NCBI GenBank assembly: GCA_027490225.1
Contig: JAIXYK010000006.1
Location: 1,304 to 65,303 of the forward strand
Length of the DNA stretch: 64,000 bases
Source: Bacteroidota bacterium
GTDB lineage: Bacteria; Bacteroidota; Bacteroidia; M30B66
Reading direction: 5' to 3'
The position numbers and the translations under genes were made by a program. Below, one piece after another: positions 51,071 to 59,987 of this stretch; position 1 is the first letter of the stretch, and every line of letters begins with the position of its first letter. The notes beneath the pieces were generated by a model that was not told where the DNA came from, did not search any database, and saw only the letters and a program-made list of their open reading frames with translations.

Positions 51071-52168
51071 TTAAGCCGCCATTTTCAATTGCTGAGGCGC
51101 TTCCCCGAACTTTTTCATGGTTCTGAAATGACTGGCAATAGCACTTGTAAAACTTGGAATGTAATTGTAAGGAACATTATATTGTTTACACACCTTCTGT
51201 ACAATTTTGCTAATTGCTGGGTAATGCACATGACTAACTTTCGGAAATAGATGATGTTCTACCTGAAAATTTAATCCTCCAACAAACCAAGAAATTACTT
51301 TATTATCCATAGCAAAATTAGAGGTTGTGCGCATTTGGTGAATTGCCCAAGAATCTTCTAAAGTCATTTTTCCTTCTAAATCAGAAGCATCAACAAATTC
51401 CATATTGTCAACAACGTGAGCCAGTTGGAAAACTAAAGCCATAGTTAAGCCCATAGCTGCATTCGCTAAAAAATAGCCAGCCAAAAACGGCCCAATACCA
51501 ACAAAATAGATCGGTACAGCAATATAAAAAACAACATACAACACTTTTGTTACCCAAAAAATAATGTGTTCCTTCATAGGAATGTTATTCATGGGTGTTC
51601 CATTTATACTTCTTTTTAAATACTTTTCTAAATCGGTAACTAAAGCCCAAAGAATGCTGGAAACAGCATACAAAGGAACCATATAAATGTGTTGATATTT
51701 ATGAATGGGCTTATATGGTTGAGAATCGCAATGGCGCAACACAGGAGATTTTGCAATATCGTCGTCAACTCCATCAATATTAGTATATGTATGATGAATA
51801 ATGTTGTGCTTTATTTTCCAGATAAATGCATTAGAACCTAAGGCATTCATGGTTAAACCCATTAAGTAATTGATTCTTTTACTTTCAGAATAACTCCCGT
51901 GATTGGCATCGTGCATTACACTAAAACCGATGCATGCCAAAAAGAAACCTAAGATAACACACAGCAATAATTCCAAACCAACAGGAAGACCTCTTGAAAG
52001 CAGAATAATGTAGATGGCTGCACAAGCAGGAATCAAAAGGATGGATTTTAAATACAACCTCCAATCACCTGTTTGTTTAATGTTATTTTCTTGAAAGTAA
52101 TTTCTCACTTCTGCATTAACTGTTTCAGAAAATGAGTTGTTTTTGTTGTTGAATGTTACTTTTTTCAA
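51071..52168 (-). CDS. Membrane fatty-acid desaturase
   Basis: Three His boxes are present (HDANHGSY, HNIIHHTYTN and QVEHHLFP), along with four TM segments. Confidence 0.8.
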   Translation of the reverse strand: MKKVTFNNKNNSFSETVNAEVRNYFQENNIKQTGDWRLYLKSILLIPACAAIYIILLSRGLPVGLELLLCVILGFFLACIGFSVMHDANHGSYSESKRINYLMGLTMNALGSNAFIWKIKHNIIHHTYTNIDGVDDDIAKSPVLRHCDSQPYKPIHKYQHIYMVPLYAVSSILWALVTDLEKYLKRSINGTPMNNIPMKEHIIFWVTKVLYVVFYIAVPIYFVGIGPFLAGYFLANAAMGLTMALVFQLAHVVDNMEFVDASDLEGKMTLEDSWAIHQMRTTSNFAMDNKVISWFVGGLNFQVEHHLFPKVSHVHYPAISKIVQKVCKQYNVPYNYIPSFTSAIASHFRTMKKFGEAPQQLKMAA

Positions 52169-52231
52169 ATCGAAAAGATTTTTGCAAATATAGATTTAAA
52201 TGAAAAGACAGAAAAACGAGTTAATTGTTTA

Positions 52232-53206
52232 CTACAAGGACATAATCTCAGCTATCTGCAAGATGGTTTCGTTTATTTCTGAATTGTGTTTTACAGCTTT
52301 GGTTAATGGTATGTGCGTTACTTTTCCTGACACTTGACCAACCATTATTCTATTTTTCCCTTCTAACAGAGAAGTAACTGCTTCGTATCCTAAGCGAGTT
52401 GCCAAAACCCTGTCCATGCAAGTAGGAGAACCTCCTCTTTGAATATGACCCAGAATGGCGACTTTGGTTTCGTATTTATCAAACTTTTGCTTCACAATCT
52501 CGGCTACTTTGTAAGCTCCTCCCGCATCATCACCTTCTGCAACAATAATTACACAACCAGTTTTTTTGCGGCTCCAACCTCTTTCGAGCACTTCAACTAG
52601 TTTATCAATATACGTTGTTGTTTCGGGAATTAAAATGGCTTCTGCACCGCATGCAATGCCGCTTCTCAATGCAATTAAACCTGCATCTCGCCCCATTACC
52701 TCAACAAAAAATAAGCGATTATGAGAAATTGCTGTATCTCGAATATTATCAACAGCTTGTACCACAGTATTGATTGCTGTATCATAACCAATGGTAAAAT
52801 CGGTTCCAAACAAATCATTGTCAATTGTTCCGGGAATTCCAATAACCTTGATATCTGGATATTTTTTGGCAAGCGCTTCTGCTCCTCTAAAAGAACCATC
52901 ACCACCAATTACAACTAAGCCATCAACTCCTCGGGTTTTCAAGTTTTGATAGGCCGTATCTAAGCCTTCTTCTGTTTTATAACGAAGGCTTCTGGCTGTT
53001 TTCAATATTGTACCGCCACGTTGAATAATATTCCCAACATCGGCCGAGGAAAGTTCCTTTAATTCATTGTGAATCAATCCTTCATAACCACCAATTACAC
53101 CACTAATTTTACAATTATGATAAATAGCTGTTCGAACAACTGCTCTGATACAGGCATTCATTCCGGGAGCGTCTCCGCCTGAAGTTAATACTGCAATATG
53201 TTGCAT
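52232..53206 (-). CDS. pfkA: ATP-dependent 6-phosphofructokinase
   Basis: IAVLTSGGDAPGMNA, GGDGS and MGR motifs are present. The start was set at MQHIAVL. Confidence 0.9.
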   Translation of the reverse strand: MQHIAVLTSGGDAPGMNACIRAVVRTAIYHNCKISGVIGGYEGLIHNELKELSSADVGNIIQRGGTILKTARSLRYKTEEGLDTAYQNLKTRGVDGLVVIGGDGSFRGAEALAKKYPDIKVIGIPGTIDNDLFGTDFTIGYDTAINTVVQAVDNIRDTAISHNRLFFVEVMGRDAGLIALRSGIACGAEAILIPETTTYIDKLVEVLERGWSRKKTGCVIIVAEGDDAGGAYKVAEIVKQKFDKYETKVAILGHIQRGGSPTCMDRVLATRLGYEAVTSLLEGKNRIMVGQVSGKVTHIPLTKAVKHNSEINETILQIAEIMSL

Positions 53207-53300
53207 AATTTTCAGCGTGTTATTTTCACACAAAGGTAGGTATAGAATGGAAATTAAAAACTATTGAAAGCTTTTAGGGTGATAATTAACTTTAAATTAA

Positions 53301-54776
53301 TCAAGGAACAAATTCGAAAGCTCCTAAATCTGGGGCTGTATCTGCAACGCGACTGTTACCTAAAATATCATCAGGAATGGAAGGTATTTGATTTACGAAA
53401 CTCAAATTTCCTCGGTCTTTGGCTGGAGAATCGCTTTGAAACCGATAATCTTGATTGGTATTGTTTTTAAATTTTGGGTCTTCATTTAATACCATGTTTG
53501 TAAAATTCGCTGTATTGTTTAAGTCAACATCAGGATTATCAATTTTCATCAGCGTATTACTAAAGTTCCAGTTGAATTGGGCTTCTGGTCTTCCAACGGC
53601 AATGAGTTCGTTTCCGTTGGTAATGTTTCCGTAAATTATTCCATTGGTAAAACTAAAATTCATGTCTGCAACTACAGTCGCTGAATTAGTTTCTAAGAAA
53701 TTTGAAATGGCGCAAACAGGCTCCGTTCTTACGGTTTCGCTCCAATAATTGGCAAAAGTACAATGCCTGAAGTTGTAAGTACCTCCACCAGCAGCCAATA
53801 AAGCATATGAACCGCAATTGCTCACTACACAATTACTTGCATCTAAGTTATAATTGTTGGCATACAATCCATAGGTACGCATATTTCGAATGCGGGTATT
53901 GGTAACTACCAATTTACGGTCAGTAGCCGGATCAAACTCTGTAATTAATTCAGCTTGAATACCAATATTACCATTTTTAATAACTGCATAATTGATGGAA
54001 TTGCCAGTACTTCCCTGATTTATCCAAATTCTGTCCCATTGTCCAGGCGATTCTCTGTATTCTTCTTCTTTCCTCACACCTTTAAAAACCACAGAATCTT
54101 GCAGGGTGCCATTCACATTCAACCTTCCACCCGGAAAAATCCATAAACCTGAGTTATTATACATGTAAACCTCAGTTCCTGCTTCAATCTGCAAAGAACA
54201 AGTATCAACCACCAAGTAACCAATAACTACTTTTGGTTTTTCATTGGTCCAAACCGTTCCGCAATCCAGCACAGAATAAGCCGGTAATCCATTGGTTGGA
54301 AACTCTGTTGGTCTGTAAAAATCTGCATTTCTGCCATAAGCAAGCAATTTTACTTTTTGCTCATTTCCATTGGTTTCAAAAAGAATGCTGTCTTCTACTA
54401 CAAATGGATTGGCCTCGTTATTTGGGTCTACTGTAACCTCAGCAAAAACAAAAATGCTATCGTTTGCACCAATCTCAAGGTCAGAAATTGCTGTTCCTGG
54501 AATTCCATCCACATTCATTCTAAAAAATGAATTAGCTCCACCAGCTAAGCGTATAGATGAAATATTGACACGTTGGTTACTGTTATTATACACCTTAAAC
54601 CGCTGTGTAGTGGAGCCAAGGGTTACAAAAACCGTATCGAAATAAACGGTATCAACAGAAAATTCAAGGTTAAAATTGCTGTCAGTATTGATTACATCTT
54701 TCTTACAAGATTGCAAAAATGCAATCAGAACAAAAAAGAGACTTACCGAAAGAAGAGAATATTTGAAAAGCTTCAA
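53301..54776 (-). CDS. Hypothetical lipoprotein with predicted right-handed parallel beta-helix repeats
   Basis: There is a signal peptide plus Cys (LIAFLQSCKKD). Rungs rich in Asn, Gly and Cys recur (VVTNTRIRNMRTYGLYANNYNLDASNCVVSNCGSYALL). Confidence 0.45.
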   Translation of the reverse strand: MKLFKYSLLSVSLFFVLIAFLQSCKKDVINTDSNFNLEFSVDTVYFDTVFVTLGSTTQRFKVYNNSNQRVNISSIRLAGGANSFFRMNVDGIPGTAISDLEIGANDSIFVFAEVTVDPNNEANPFVVEDSILFETNGNEQKVKLLAYGRNADFYRPTEFPTNGLPAYSVLDCGTVWTNEKPKVVIGYLVVDTCSLQIEAGTEVYMYNNSGLWIFPGGRLNVNGTLQDSVVFKGVRKEEEYRESPGQWDRIWINQGSTGNSINYAVIKNGNIGIQAELITEFDPATDRKLVVTNTRIRNMRTYGLYANNYNLDASNCVVSNCGSYALLAAGGGTYNFRHCTFANYWSETVRTEPVCAISNFLETNSATVVADMNFSFTNGIIYGNITNGNELIAVGRPEAQFNWNFSNTLMKIDNPDVDLNNTANFTNMVLNEDPKFKNNTNQDYRFQSDSPAKDRGNLSFVNQIPSIPDDILGNSRVADTAPDLGAFEFVP

Positions 54777-54831
54777 CTAAATTATTTTACAGGGAATGAA
54801 ACGCTAAAAGTACCTATTTCGTATTGCAATC

Positions 54832-55164
54832 TTAAGCACGCTTAAACTTTAACTGCAAGCGTTCTACTGGCCTGCCTTTAACAATATGTTCATCAACAAT
54901 TTCTTGCACATCGTTTAATTGTACATTGCCGTAAAAAACACCATCTGGATACACCACTACTGTAGGACCCGATTCGCATAAATCAATACAACCAGCTTTT
55001 TGAGCCCTGATTGGAACATCAAGGTGATAATCGTTGATTGCTTTTTTAAATGCAACTGTTAATGCCAAACCATGTTCTTCACCACAACTTGGGCGTGGCG
55101 CATTTGCAGGACGTTGGTTTGTACAAATAAATATATGCTTGCTGTATTTTAAATTTTCTTCCAT
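54832..55164 (-). CDS. Thioredoxin-like [2Fe-2S] ferredoxin family protein
   Basis: Cys residues are spaced as CTNQ...C...CIDLCESGP, as in NuoE/HoxF-type 2Fe-2S ferredoxins. The start was set at MEENLKY. Confidence 0.55.
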   Translation of the reverse strand: MEENLKYSKHIFICTNQRPANAPRPSCGEEHGLALTVAFKKAINDYHLDVPIRAQKAGCIDLCESGPTVVVYPDGVFYGNVQLNDVQEIVDEHIVKGRPVERLQLKFKRA

Positions 55165-55218
55165 GGGTGCAAAATAAACGAACAATCTGTAATTAAAACA
55201 GTTTAATTGAATAAACAT

Positions 55219-56130
55219 ATGAAAACTATCTTAATAACTGGCGGCACAGGTTTAATTGGAAAGCATTTAGCGCCAATGTTAAAAGAAAAAGGGTATAAAC
55301 TGCACTTACTAAGCAGAAACTCTAAACCTGTGTATCCATTCGATGCAGTTTTTACATGGAACTACAAAACGGGAACAATAGACAAAGCGGCATTTAAAGG
55401 CATTACACATGTTATTCACCTGGCGGGTGCTGGTATCGCTGACCAAAACTGGACACATGCCCGAAAAAAAGAAATTTTAGAAAGCAGAGTAAATACTGCA
55501 GCATTGCTTTTAGATTGCTTAAAAGAACAATCCATTCAATTAGAAGCTTTTATTGGAGGTTCTGCCATTGGCTGGTATGGCGCACAAACAGAATCTCTGC
55601 TCCATACCGAAGTAGAACCAGCCGCAGCTGATTTTATGGGCGAAACCTGCAGGGTTTGGGAAAGGGCTGCTGATTTGTTTGAAAATAATGCAAAACGGGT
55701 AGTTAAAATAAGAACAGGAGTTGTATTGACTAAAGAAGGCGGAGCACTTCCAAAAATGATGGAACCTTTTAAATATCATTTAGGTGCTGCATTAGGAACA
55801 GGAAAACAACAAATTCCTTGGATTCATATAGAAGACATCTGCAAAGTATTTTTGGAAGCTATTGAAAACGAAAGTTATACAGGACCAATAAATGCAGTTG
55901 CAACCGAAGAGTGCACCAATAAAGCGTTCAGCAGAACATTAGCTACTGTTTTGGGGAAATCTTTGCTTCCATTACCTGTGCCCAGCTTTGTTATCAAACT
56001 GATTTTTGGTGAAATGTCTGTTGTAGTCTTAGAAGGCAGTCGTGTGGGCAATGCCAAATTGAAAAATATTGGATTTAAATTTTCATTCGAAGAATTAAGC
56101 GGAGCAATTCGGAATTTACTAAAGAAATAA
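55219..56130 (+). CDS. TIGR01777-family NAD-dependent epimerase/dehydratase-like protein (YfcH-like)
   Basis: MKTILITGGTGLIGKHL is a Rossmann GxxGxxG motif. A DUF1731-like C-terminus is present. The ORF-track start at 55207 is TTG; the ATG at 55219 is preferred. Confidence 0.7.
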   Translation: MKTILITGGTGLIGKHLAPMLKEKGYKLHLLSRNSKPVYPFDAVFTWNYKTGTIDKAAFKGITHVIHLAGAGIADQNWTHARKKEILESRVNTAALLLDCLKEQSIQLEAFIGGSAIGWYGAQTESLLHTEVEPAAADFMGETCRVWERAADLFENNAKRVVKIRTGVVLTKEGGALPKMMEPFKYHLGAALGTGKQQIPWIHIEDICKVFLEAIENESYTGPINAVATEECTNKAFSRTLATVLGKSLLPLPVPSFVIKLIFGEMSVVVLEGSRVGNAKLKNIGFKFSFEELSGAIRNLLKK

Positions 56131-56135
56131 GATTT

Positions 56136-57086
56136 CTAAACTTTCCATAGTGCACATACATATTCAAAATCTAAAGATTTAAAATTCATTACTTCTTCAA
56201 ATCCAGCAAGTTGTGCATATGCTCTAATTTGTGATTCAGTAAATTTCTGAGAACGTTCTGTATTTATCTTCTCTGCAGCTTTAAATTCAACATTAAAAGA
56301 TAATTCCTCAAAATGTATTGTTTGTTGTACGGTACTTTCTAAGAAACTCAATGCGGCTTGTTGTTTTTCGTCAAAAATAGGAGCATGTTTCCATTTATCT
56401 AAATCGAAATTGGCGCCTAATTCTCGGTTCATTCTTCGCAACAAATTCAAATTAAATTCTTTCGTAACGCCAGCTTTATCGTTATATGCAGCTAATATTG
56501 TTTCTGGAGCTTTTACCAAGTCAAAACCAATGAGGACATATTCTCCTTTATTAAGATTTTGGTTGATTTGCTTTAAAAATATTTGCATCTCTTCCAAAGT
56601 CATGTTTCCAATATTAGAACCAAGAAAAAGTACTAACTTTTGTTTATCAGCCTTAACTTTTAATATTTCAAGTGCTTCGAAATATTCAGCTTGTTGAGGA
56701 AATATTTTTAAACCAGGAAATTCTTGTAAAACAGAATTCTTCAAAGAATCTAGGGCATTTCCTGAAATATCGATGGGAAGATATTCAACCTCAATCTTCA
56801 TTTCTATTAATTTCCTCAATAAGATTTTTGTCTTAATGCCATCACCTGCGCCCAGTTCAATAAGTTGGAGTGATTTATTTGCGTCAACAAAAGATAAAAT
56901 GCTGGCTGCATTTTCTGTAAGCAAATCGAATTCTGTTCGGGTTAAATAATACTCAGGCAGAGCCATTATTTCCTGAAACAAAGCATCTCCTATTTGGTCA
57001 TATAAAAACCTTGAAGGAATTGATTTTTCCGAACCATTAAGCCCTATTAAAGTGGCTTTTCCTAAATCAGAAAGCTTTTTGTCCAT
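56136..57086 (-). CDS. egtD: L-histidine N-alpha-methyltransferase (EgtD-like)
   Basis: The 316-aa SAM-dependent methyltransferase has an EgtD-like N-terminus (SRFLYDQIGDALFQEIMALPEYYLTRTE) and the LIELGAGDG motif. It lies immediately downstream of egtB. Confidence 0.7.
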   Translation of the reverse strand: MDKKLSDLGKATLIGLNGSEKSIPSRFLYDQIGDALFQEIMALPEYYLTRTEFDLLTENAASILSFVDANKSLQLIELGAGDGIKTKILLRKLIEMKIEVEYLPIDISGNALDSLKNSVLQEFPGLKIFPQQAEYFEALEILKVKADKQKLVLFLGSNIGNMTLEEMQIFLKQINQNLNKGEYVLIGFDLVKAPETILAAYNDKAGVTKEFNLNLLRRMNRELGANFDLDKWKHAPIFDEKQQAALSFLESTVQQTIHFEELSFNVEFKAAEKINTERSQKFTESQIRAYAQLAGFEEVMNFKSLDFEYVCALWKV

Positions 57087-58232
57087 TTATTTTGCCAACC
57101 TCAACCCTGTAAATTGCCACCTTGCAGTTGGGGGAAAGAAATTACGGTATGTTTTTCTGGAATGATCCGCTGCTGTAGCCAATGAAGCTCCACGTAATAC
57201 CATTTGATTGATCATAAATTTTCCATTGTATTCACCAATTGCGCCTTTTGGTTTTTCGAACCGAGGATAGGGCAAATAAGCAGAATTGGTCCATTCCCAC
57301 CTTCTGCCCCAGTTGAGTGAATCTGCTGCAGCTTCCCATTCAAATTCTGTTGGTAGCCTTTTTCCTGCCCATTCTGCATAAGCCGCGGCTTCGTAAAAAC
57401 TAATGTGCATTACTGCCGCATCGGGCGATAAAAGTTTTCTGCCATTCAGCGTATAAGTGCTCCAGCCCTCGTTTTCATTATTTTCCCAATATAATGGCGC
57501 ATAAATGTTTTCTTTTTTCAACCATGCCAAAGCATCAGCATGCCAAAGCAAGGGTTTTTCATAACCACCATCTTCTATAAATTCTGCCCATTCTACATTT
57601 CTCACCAAGGAATTTGCAATTGAAAATTCTTCCAGATAAACCTTATGTTGCCCCAGTTCATTATCAAAACAAAACCCTTCACCTTCAAAACCAATTGTTT
57701 GTAATCCTTCAGGAATTGTTATCCAATCTGTTTTTTGCCATTCGTCTTTATTTTCACCAAGCTCTACAACTTTAATGTCTAAAGGATTTTGGCCAAATGA
57801 ATACTTCAAATCCGTATACATTAACTCCTGGTGCTGTTGCTCATGCTGGAGACCTAATTCGAGCAAATCATCCATCAAATTATTTTCAAGTTTCATTTCC
57901 AGTAGCTCGGCCATGTGTGTATCCACATACGCTCGGTATTCTAGAATTTCTCTTACTGTTGGGCGCGATAAATAACCTCGTTCGCTCCTAACAGTTCTGG
58001 TGCCCTGTGTTTCATAATAGCTATTAAACAAAAAGTCGTAAGCCTCATGGTATTCCTTGTATTTCGTATGAAATGGTTTCAAAACAAAAGTTTCGAAAAA
58101 CCAAGTAGTATGGGCAAGATGCCATTTCAACGGACTAACATCTTCCATTGGTTGCAACACAAAATCCTCTGGTTCTAATGGAGCGCAGATATTTTCAGTT
58201 TGCTGCCTTATTTCGTTATACCTTTCTAGCAT
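57087..58232 (-). CDS. egtB: Ergothioneine-biosynthesis sulfoxide synthase (EgtB-like; DinB_2 plus FGE-sulfatase domains)
   Basis: An N-terminal DinB-like domain contains the His motif (KWHLAHTTWFFE). The C-terminal FGE-like domain has RGASLAT. The start ATG overlaps the carbonic-anhydrase stop (TAATG). Confidence 0.75.
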   Translation of the reverse strand: MLERYNEIRQQTENICAPLEPEDFVLQPMEDVSPLKWHLAHTTWFFETFVLKPFHTKYKEYHEAYDFLFNSYYETQGTRTVRSERGYLSRPTVREILEYRAYVDTHMAELLEMKLENNLMDDLLELGLQHEQQHQELMYTDLKYSFGQNPLDIKVVELGENKDEWQKTDWITIPEGLQTIGFEGEGFCFDNELGQHKVYLEEFSIANSLVRNVEWAEFIEDGGYEKPLLWHADALAWLKKENIYAPLYWENNENEGWSTYTLNGRKLLSPDAAVMHISFYEAAAYAEWAGKRLPTEFEWEAAADSLNWGRRWEWTNSAYLPYPRFEKPKGAIGEYNGKFMINQMVLRGASLATAADHSRKTYRNFFPPTARWQFTGLRLAK

Positions 58233-58879
58233 TAGTGACCAATAATTCCTTGTTCAAATTTACATACCTCTTTCAATGTTTCCTCATTGTTTATCATAGA
58301 AGTTTGCTCTTTCACATAACCTGTCCCAATATCATACACCCAACCATGCAACCAAGGATTTTTTCTTTCATTCCATGCATTTTGTACAATATTGGTTTTG
58401 CCCAAGTTGTATACCTGTTCTATTACACTTAGTTCTACCAAGCGGTTAAAGCGTTCACTTTCGTTCAAAACCTCCAATTGTTTCCAGTAAAAGTTCTGTG
58501 TATCCTTTATTTGACGCAGCCAGTTATCAATCAAGCCATATTGATGAGTTCCCATAGCAGCCTTCACTCCACCACAACCGTAATGACCACAAACAATTAC
58601 ATGCTCTACTTTTAGCACCTCTACTGCATATTGCAAAACACTTAGCATGTTCATGTCAGTTTGTATAACAAGGTTTGCAATGTTGCGATGCACAAATATT
58701 TCACCAGGTTGCGTTTTGGTTATTTCATTGGGCGGCACACGGCTATCGGCGCAGCCAATCCAAAGCACTTTTGGTTCTTGACCTTTAGCAGAATTTACAA
58801 AAAAGTTAGGGTCTTTGGCAAGGTGTTCTTGCACAAAATTTTCGTTATTTTCTAAGAGTTGTGTTATGTAATCTTTCAT
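58232..58879 (-). CDS. Beta-class carbonic anhydrase
   Basis: The zinc ligands are in CADSRV and HYGCGG. The protein is 215 aa. Confidence 0.85.
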   Translation of the reverse strand: MKDYITQLLENNENFVQEHLAKDPNFFVNSAKGQEPKVLWIGCADSRVPPNEITKTQPGEIFVHRNIANLVIQTDMNMLSVLQYAVEVLKVEHVIVCGHYGCGGVKAAMGTHQYGLIDNWLRQIKDTQNFYWKQLEVLNESERFNRLVELSVIEQVYNLGKTNIVQNAWNERKNPWLHGWVYDIGTGYVKEQTSMINNEETLKEVCKFEQGIIGH

Positions 58880-59027
58880 AATTATTGGGGCGGCAACCGG
58901 GCTATCGTTTCAAGCTCCTACGGAGGCTTTCCACTTCTATCCCTGCCGCTTACAGGTAAAATTAAAAATTCGGCAGCAATTTAGGCAATCGTAGATTAAG
59001 AGAAATTTAAGTTTGGCGTTCGTTCTA

Positions 59028-59954
59028 TTAAAAAATCTTAGCATACAGCTGCTGCTCAGCTTCTGCATGAATATGCGCATGGTCCAAAATTTCAAACACG
59101 TTGTTTTTAATAGTATGAGCAATGTCGCCCGTTGGCAAGTCGTTGCAATCGAGACCAAATGGGTCTTCTATTTCTTCGGCCATCATTTCTACACCAATAA
59201 ATGCAAAGAAAACAAACATTACTGCAGGTATTGCCCAGTAACCCATTTCAGGAGCCATTGCAATGGGCATTAAAATGGCGTAAGCTGTAATAAATACTTT
59301 TAAATATACATTGTACGAAAATGGAATTGGTGTTTTCTTAATTCGTTCGCAAGCACCTGCAATGTCCATCAAGGCTTGCATGTGTGGTTTGTAATTCAAA
59401 ATATCTTCCCCAGTAATAATTTTTTCTCGGTACTGGTGTTCTACCAATTGGTGAATTTGCGCGCTAATGTAATTTGGCAAGTGTTGTTTTTTAGGATAGT
59501 TAACTTTATCTTCTTCTGTTAAGAAAATCAATTCTTCTATTTTAACTCCTCCGCGTAAATGTTCTTTTAAGGCAATTGCAAAATTGGCAATCAAAGCAGA
59601 GATTCTATGTCTTGTTTTATGATCTTCCAAAGGAATGGTGCTGTGCGCTGTAATAGCTAAATTCCTGCTATTGTTAACCAAAGCTCCCCACAATTGGCGG
59701 CCTTCCCACCAACGGTCATATGAGGTGTTGGTCCTGAAAACCAACAAAATACTGAGTACAATTCCCAGTAAAGAGAAAACAGAAGTAGAAAACGAAAAGC
59801 TTTCCATATTAAATACTTCTAATTCCAATACACATACTACAGCTGTAAAAACTCCAATGGAGCCAACTGAACGCATTATTTTGGTCATTGTCCAAGACCT
59901 GAACAAATGTGTAATATCTTTTAGCCAATGTTTATTTGATTCGTAAACTATCAT
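59028..59954 (-). CDS. Bestrophin/UPF0187 (YneE) family anion channel homologue
   Basis: The 308-aa ORF has four TM segments, plus the RTNTSYDRWWEGR and R..W..L motifs typical of bestrophin-like proteins. Confidence 0.65.
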   Translation of the reverse strand: MIVYESNKHWLKDITHLFRSWTMTKIMRSVGSIGVFTAVVCVLELEVFNMESFSFSTSVFSLLGIVLSILLVFRTNTSYDRWWEGRQLWGALVNNSRNLAITAHSTIPLEDHKTRHRISALIANFAIALKEHLRGGVKIEELIFLTEEDKVNYPKKQHLPNYISAQIHQLVEHQYREKIITGEDILNYKPHMQALMDIAGACERIKKTPIPFSYNVYLKVFITAYAILMPIAMAPEMGYWAIPAVMFVFFAFIGVEMMAEEIEDPFGLDCNDLPTGDIAHTIKNNVFEILDHAHIHAEAEQQLYAKIF

Positions 59955-59987
59955 ACATAATTATTTTTCAATTTTAAATCAATCCAA

